Source of the DNA: Octopus sinensis
Lineage: Eukaryota
Assembly: GCF_006345805.1 (NCBI RefSeq)
Contig: NC_043021.1
Location: 12,710,001-12,774,000, forward strand
Direction: 5' to 3'
Length of the DNA stretch: 64,000 nucleotides
Below, one piece after another: positions 56,523 to 64,000 of the stretch. The notes under the pieces were generated by a model. It saw only the letters and a list, made by a program, of their open reading frames with translations, was not told where the DNA came from and did not search any database. How positions within the stretch are numbered: position 1 is the stretch's first letter; the number at the start of each line of letters is the position of its first letter. The translations under genes were made by a program, and so were the position numbers.

Positions 56523-59500
56523 ATATATCAAACAGCTTCCTTATCTCTAAGCCAAAACATTTCTGCATAACAAATGAAGCACAAGTTCACTGCATTTCTT
56601 CTCTGAACGTTTTACAGAGATGGTTTTGTGCCTCAATGGTTTGGAACAGGTCAGATTCATGATCAAAACAATATCACAAAGGTCTGTCTGTCTGGTCAGG
56701 AATGCTGTATACGATTGAGGATGATGACAAACTGAAACTAATCAGTTAGGGTGTTGGCGGTGACATTGGTTGGGGAACTAATTATGAAGTGTAAGGCAAC
56801 ATTCTCAGATATCTGAAAATCTCAAAGATATTCAGAAAAGGAAAGATAATTACAACCCAAGCAGTTGTAGTATGTGGCAATAACACTCCCCCACTCCACT
56901 TTTGTTTCTAGGTAGAGAACAAATACAGATTTTTCGTAGATAAATATGGCTCAGCAATGCTTCAGGATACATATGCATGGTTGGTGATATCAGCTTAACA
57001 GTCAATTTGAAACTGTGTTTATCATAATTAGAATGATGAGCAACTGTGGTTTAGAGGATGGGGAAGAGGGAAGACTTGAATGGATGGTGGTGAAATGTAT
57101 TCAATGTTATGAAGAGATTTTGCAAGGCTTTGTTCAAAGTGAGCAAACAGAATAAGTACTTCCTATATATTGATACAATCCCATCATTCTCTACAGTGAT
57201 GTGATCACACGGACTTCATTTCAAGCAAGCGACAACCCAAATGTGAACGAGACCAAACCAAAGTAAGTAGATGCTGTTACATTCAAATCGACATGGGGTA
57301 CACTCTCCAAGGAGCGAGAAATGAATTTATCAAATCTGATCAGTAGTAAACAAGAACAGGAGCAGCTGAAGAGCAAGGGCTTGGGGAATGATGCATCCCA
57401 CACATTTACCTGGGCCTGCATCTATCATTAATTGCTTGTTAATAGTAACATAACAAAAATTTATTTTCATTGCTTATGGAAAGTATTATGGAATATATAA
57501 TTTCTAATTAGCTTTCAATGGCAAGAGATTACTGTATATATATTTTTATTATTAGAAGCTACAGAGTGAATCAAGTGCCAATAGTTTCATGCAATGACAC
57601 TTAAACAGTTTGATAAGTGGCATTGCAAGAAACACTCGGCCCTTCTACCAATTAATACTAAAATTATACATACAGATACACACACAATAAACAGCAAAAA
57701 AACTAAGTTGCACCATCTTGAAAAATCCAATAACTGACAGTCAATTTAAAGCCCCATTATTATGATGGCAGCTTCTAAAATAAATCTCACAATGCTAACA
57801 TTAAACTGTGATAACCCTACACTGGAAGACTTCATATAAAACAACAAACTCACTAATAAAAAAAGAAAAGAAGAAAAGTAGACAATTCCTAACATTTCAT
57901 AAAACTCAAAAACTCTCCAGTTTCAAAAGGAAAAAGTTTACCATTTTGTTATCAGAGATCAAAAACAAAAACATTTTGTAACAAGATCCTATTATTCAAA
58001 CATTCTCAACATTAGAAAATCAGAAATCAACCTTTTAGCAAGTAAACCACATCAAATGGTCTGTTTTTGTTAGAACCAACCAGATCTGACCTCTCACACT
58101 AACACTACAATATCATTCTAAAAATAGGCAACATTATCGAAGTCCCAAAACCACGTGATAATTCATGATTAATTCAAAATATTGTGGATAAATAATTCAA
58201 AACTTTTGACAGAATAATCTGATTGCTGAAGGGAAAACAGCTTTTTCTCTTTTTTTTTTTTTGGTTTTTTCCACTCAAAGAATCGGTCATTTATGGCTGA
58301 ATGACCTTAAAAACAAATCGCATGCGACAAAGTAGGTTATTTTTACAAGATAAATTATAACAAACTTTACCTTGCAATACAAGTTCTATTGCCACAGATA
58401 CTTTTCTGTGTGTTACCAAGCTAACATTTTAAGTCTTCTTTTAATAGGATTTTTTTCTTCTCTATTATAAAATTTTCTGATTATTTTTGGTTTCCTATTT
58501 GTAAAGATGCCACTAACTCTGAAGATAAAATGCTTTAGGCACAAGAAGTTGAATAGAAAATGCTAACAGAGACATATTGAGCAGTCTATTCTTTAACAAT
58601 TTTATATTTTTGTGTGGAAAGCCAGTGGTGTCCAGAGCTAAATGTTAGCTCTCTCTCTCTCCTTAATAAATATATAAGCACATAAATACACATAGGGAAG
58701 GGGGGGAGAGAGAGTGAGTGTGTATGGAAGGACAGCAGTGCTCTGAGCCAACAAATCAGACCTTTACCTACATAAGTTTAATAAGTAGTAGAGTATAAAA
58801 CATCCCATCTGAAATATATTCAGTTTCCAAACAGAAACTTAACATGGACAGATATTGCAGGCAAAACAACAAATACACTGGATATTATTATTTCCTCCAA
58901 ATTATGACACTATAGACAACAATGAGCTCTTAGATTGATACATGGCTACAGAAGCAAGAAAATATAATCCACTGAATTGTCCTGAGTGATGGCTATTTAG
59001 TTGACCAAGTTGGCGTGAAAGGCTAAAGTTAAACTGAGAATGCTCCAAAACAATTCACTACTTACAACCAACATTTTAATTAGTATTAGTTATTTTCAGC
59101 AATTATTGCTAAATTTCCCCTTGAGTCAAACCAACAATAATTCAATGTTTTGTAACACAGAAACAAAGCCTCCCATTGACCTCACACCAAAAACTTATTT
59201 TGACACCCGAAAAAGGTGAAAAGGACAGTCATCGTCCAAAGAATACCACAAGGCACTAATCCTGCCAAAGCTATTGTAATCAATCTAATATTAGAAAACC
59301 TTTTTTTGTTTTTAAACAAAGTACAAGACTTATTTTCATCAGACAAGGAAGAAGTAATCAATGCAAGCGGCCCAGTTTATTACTGGTATTGATATTGTGT
59401 TGACCTGGGAAGGAAAGTAAATTTAATCTGCATCCACCCACCCCTCCCCCAAACAGATCTGAATGCAGGATGACAAAGGATGGAGTAAGGTGCCAAGAAA

Positions 59501-60609
59501 TATCCAGTCCTGTTCTGTGTAACGTGCTATTTCACAAATAGTCAAGGAAGGATAAAGGTAGCCATGACATGGTTGCTTGACTTGCTACAAATAGCAGGCA
59601 AAGTTCCCTCAAATCATATCCTATCATCTTTAGAAAAAAGAAAAAAATGTAGCCCTAGGCAAGAAATATGCTGTACTTAAGAAAAAAAGAAGTGATGAAT
59701 GGTCACAGTCGACACACTTTTGATCATAAATCTGCTTAATGATGGCTGGCCTGGGGCTAAACAACAATGAATAATAATAGTAATAATAATAACTTCAATT
59801 ATAAGCACAAGGCTGGTAATTTTGAGTGGAAGGACTAAGTCGATTACATCGACCCCAGTACTTGACTGGTACTTTATTTTATCGACCCCAAAGGGACGAA
59901 AGGCAAAGTTGACCTCAGCAAGATCAGAATAATAATAATAATAATTTGTAACATATTAAACAATACTTATAAGTTACAAACCACTTTTAATGTTATATCA
60001 AAATAACTTCACAACATAAACAGAGTTTATTACTTCCCAAGTAGCATCAATGGATCAGAGTTAATGAAATAAAATAAATAAATAACAACAATAATAACAA
60101 CAACAACAATAATTAACAAAAAGGAAAACACTGAACACTAAATGCTTAGCAGATTTATTTCCTACTACCAGGGTTCATTAGTTCCCTAGTAGTGCACCTG
60201 GATCAGAATTGTCATTAAGATTGGTTTTTTTTTTGGTTCTTTTTTTTAGTAAAAAAAAAAAAAAACAGTATTAATAAACAAAATGAAAAAAAAAACAGTA
60301 AAAACAAAAAACAACAACAAAAGGAATGGAACACTAAACGTTCAGCATATTTATTTTACTACTACCAAACGAAAAGGAAGAAGAAGAAGAACGTATGTTG
60401 AGAGTAGAACATAAGAGAAACAACATTGAAAGACACGAGTGGGGGGGAAAGAAGAGAGAAAGAATTGGAAAAGATCGTAGTCAAAGGAATAATGATTCGA
60501 TTTAAAAAGAATAGCAGAACTAAAATGTGGTTAACCTTGTTGATAACCTGTCTGAGACAGGACCTAGCTCTACAATGCCAATTAACTGTTTTGAAGAGAT
60601 TTACTTTAA

Positions 60610-60820
60610 CCCTTTAGCATTTACACCGGCCAAAAGTATTCTGCCTGTTTTATGGTCAAACTGGCCAGATCTGGTCTCTTACACCAACCCTACAATATTG
60701 TTTTAAAAATTAACAGCTACCTCATTAAAATCTCATAGCTACAAGATAATGCATGATTAATTCAAAACAAAGTGGATGAAGAAGCATTCATTTTGGCAGA
60801 ATAATGCAAACACTAAAGGG
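60610..60820. mobile_element. piggyBac-type MITE
   Basis: TTAA-CCCTTTAG...CTAAAGGG-TTAA. Confidence 0.82.
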
Positions 60821-63800
60821 TTAAAAGCTACCATAAATATTTTAATGCTAATAACGACTGAATTATTTAAAATTCTTTGGTATTTTCAAAACTAATTGAA
60901 ACAAAACCAGTGGAGAATTCCAATCACGTTTTGTGGTTTGCCACCTCAACAGCTCCTTTATAGGATCCAGTAGCTAAGGACATCATCAGGAGGAACCACG
61001 TACGGTTTCAGCCCCTACTCCTCTACCGTTTTTGACGTCGTGAGGGCCCACTCCTTTCGGATGTGTCTTCAGCTCTGGTGTTGAGCTCATTTTCTTTGTT
61101 CTTTGGTGCAGCGTCAACAAATGTCAGTGGACGAGTGACCACCCTGCCAAATTTCCTTTTAAATATTCGCCAGTAGGCTCTAGCAGCCAGCACCAGCTGT
61201 CACGTGACACAATCTAATCTTCAACTGACCAATGGAGGGGAAGGGCACGTAGACCTCTCTAGACCTAAGGGCCAACAGAAATAAGGTGACAAAATGGTCA
61301 AAGAGAAACTTTATTCCTAAACAAGAACATAACACATTTGTGTATTAATCATCATCATCATTTAACATCTATTGTCCATGCTGGCTGGCATGGGTTGTTG
61401 GTTTGACCAGGCGTGTACACAGAGGAGCTGCACCAAACTCAGTCTGAATTGGCATGGTTTCTACAGTTTGATGCCCTTCCTAACACCAACCACTCCAAGA
61501 GCAATAGGTATTGTTACATGCCTGTTGTATTGACAACAGTATCTGTCACAACTATGATTTCCAAATAGTGAAGACTATGTATAAGAGTTAATAGTTATCG
61601 CCATACTAATATGGCATTCTTAAAAATAAGAATAAAGCTGTCGCTGATTAGCTCCATGAAGCTATCGCCTCAAGCTAGCTACTTGACACACAAAGAGACT
61701 TAGTAATTTTAATATTTCTATTATGTATAAGAGGTTTAGTGCAATAACTTAAAAGACATTTTAAAATATAATTCAATATTTCTTTCTGGGATTAATGAAA
61801 TTTCTGTCTAAGATTTGAATTAAGAATTTGTGGTAGTTTCAGGAGCATTAGTGTTGGAAGGATTACAAGAGCATACTGTAGAATGAAGGAATGAAGGAAA
61901 TGTTGAATTCAAATAGTGTGGTGCTTAATCTCAAACCAATTAGTTCTTCCTCATTTAGCTACATCTATATGTCGATCTTACAAGAATCTTGAGATGATTG
62001 TGAACTGAGAGACTAAAAAACCCCTACTCTCATCATTTGATGTCTGCTTTCCATGCTGGTATGGGTTCAACTGTTTGACAGACGCTAGCTAGACAAAAGA
62101 TTGTACAAGGCTTCAGTGTGAAATAAATTTGTGTTAATTAGTTACTTTATAATGATTAACCATAATTTAGGTTTCTGAAGATTTATGTATTACCCACCAA
62201 TGAAGAAAGCATATTAAGAAATAAATACAGAAAAGATCTCCTGCACTGGATCTAAAATATGAAAATGACAACTCACCTGAGCTACTAATCAGTTTGAAGA
62301 TTATTAAGGTGTTAAAATAAGTTCTACCTAAATCTTCTGAATTCACATCTTATGGCATATGAATTAAGCCTTACTCGAATGAATATAATGATAACTATAC
62401 TGTGCTGTATGCTTTTTTTTCTTTATCTTTTTACTTAAATCTCTCCTGCAGGTTTGACATTTAGAAAAAAATACACATTAAAAGCAAATTCTTCAACCAT
62501 TCTAAACTCATTTTACCAGGCACTGTCCTGCCTCTGCTCATAAAAATCAGGAGCAAAATTAGCAAATCCATTGCTAAAGAGACCTTTATGTTGAAAGAGA
62601 AACAGAAACTTGACTTCTTATGGGACACCTATTGTAGTTTATGAATCTTATCTTTACATATATGACAACCAGCCAACCCATCTTGATTGTAATAAAGCCC
62701 ATAAAAAAATTTTAAACTGATGGAAGTAGTTGTATGAAAAGATAGCATTAAATTAAACAAACAAAAAAGTATAAAAACAGATTTCCTTTCAAAATCACAA
62801 GGCAATAAAAAAAAAAAACTAAAATAAATTTAGCTGGAAAAAAAGAGAGAGAGGAAAGAAGAAAAGAGAATGGGTGGGGAAAATGGACGGAGGGCAGTTT
62901 TTGCATCAGAATGAAATTTAAAAAAATTATTATTTTTGAGCAAGAGACAAATGCCTACTCATAAGATAATGGATTAGGAAGATCATGATAGTAGTAGTAG
63001 TAGTAATAACAATGATGCTAAAAATAGTAGTTAACAATGAAATGAAAGAGGAAGGAAGAGAGAGAAGAAAAAAAACATAGGTAGTAGTACTTAATGTTCA
63101 CTGAAATAGACCCACCTTTAATCCTGGCCCGCATGTCTACCACTCTCAGCAGCTGGAACATTAAATACATAAAGACCTTAATGGGCTACTGCCAGAAACT
63201 ATTATTATTTTTATTATTATTGTTGTTGTTGTTATTAATAATGAACCCAACCGACCAACCAATGTAAGAATGAGTTACACAACTTCACATTCAGTCACAC
63301 TAATGAATTTCTACGTATGCAATGTTTACAGAGTGTATGTGTGTATGTACATGTATATCTATGCATATATGTGTGTGTGTTTACGCACAAACTCTATAAT
63401 ATATATATATATATATATCTAATGTAGATAAATCTATGTGTATGTATATATAGATACATACATTGCAAACATCTTTATATATATATATATATATTACATA
63501 CACACACACACTATATATATATATATGAGTATATAAGAGTAAGCATACAAATATAAAATTAAGATGAAAATTATTCAAATCTGAAACATTAGCAAAAAAT
63601 ATCAAAATTAACCAACAAGATGTATGTGTATTTTTATTTTTCTTTCTAGCTCTAGAAACATTTCTGAAGTTAAAACAATCAAAGTTGCAGGCCCATGATT
63701 ATCACAAGTGAACAAATTATATATAACACATTACAACCAAGAATATGAGTGTCTTAATATCTCTGTTTGAATGTGTATATACATACACACACATATATAT

Positions 63801-64000
63801 TAGTATAATGAAATGAGCATGCAAAATATTATGAAGTAATAATATTATCATTACATTAATAATAAATTTTAAACACAGGAAAATACAAATACTTTAGAAG
63901 GTGCACCAGTCTTTGATTGTGATAACTTATGGTGATGTATCCACCTTTTAAGTCTAGCTCATCAGAAATAACTTTTTAATGCACATGCATTGAAAAATAG

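Noticed and set aside
56618-57262. Plus-strand exon-like segments (56618-56681, about 56911-56983, 57197-57262)
   Set aside because: No recognisable product, unverified phases, antisense to the better-supported minus-strand gene.
60909-61200. BEL/Pao LTR with PPT and integrase tail (RAYWRIFKRKFGRVVTRPL)
   Set aside because: Weak similarity, no paired LTRs or PBS; hammerhead-like motifs favour a Penelope-type origin.
58370-62570. Minus-strand exon candidates at about 58370-58420, 62277-62337 and 62517-62573
   Set aside because: Splice-like signals present but no homology or unique frame; cannot be assigned.

Overview
This is AT-rich, microsatellite- and SINE-dense animal genomic DNA. It is very likely an octopus; that is inferred from the repeat families, not from a database search. 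The main feature is a spliced androglobin (ADGB) gene on the minus strand. I traced 23 coding exons by hand, from the ATG at 43987 to an exon ending at 568. All introns are GT-AG and the phases chain into one uninterrupted frame (2776 nt, 925 codons + 1 nt). The gene continues off the left edge. The exons cover the calpain-like N-terminal region and the first part of the circularly permuted globin domain. A canonical RFX X-box (GTTACCATAGTAAC, 44153-44166) sits just upstream of exon 1. Compared with human ADGB as I recall it, this protein has Leu at the proximal heme His (F8), Ser at the distal Gln (E7) and Glu at the putative calpain Cys. To the right are a candidate small divergent plus-strand gene (exons 46709-46862 and 49102-49321) and the last exon plus 3'UTR of an unidentified minus-strand gene ending in a SIM-like IICIDDD. 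Introns and intergenic DNA hold three tRNA-headed SINE families, including TSD-flanked head+multi-body concatemers. They also hold a tRNA-headed element with a Penelope-type hammerhead-ribozyme core, RTE, R4-like, Penelope and Tc1/mariner relics, TTAA-flanked piggyBac-type MITEs, several 250-430 bp fold-back palindromes and long simple repeats. Almost all ORFs in the supplied track are repeat-derived artefacts.
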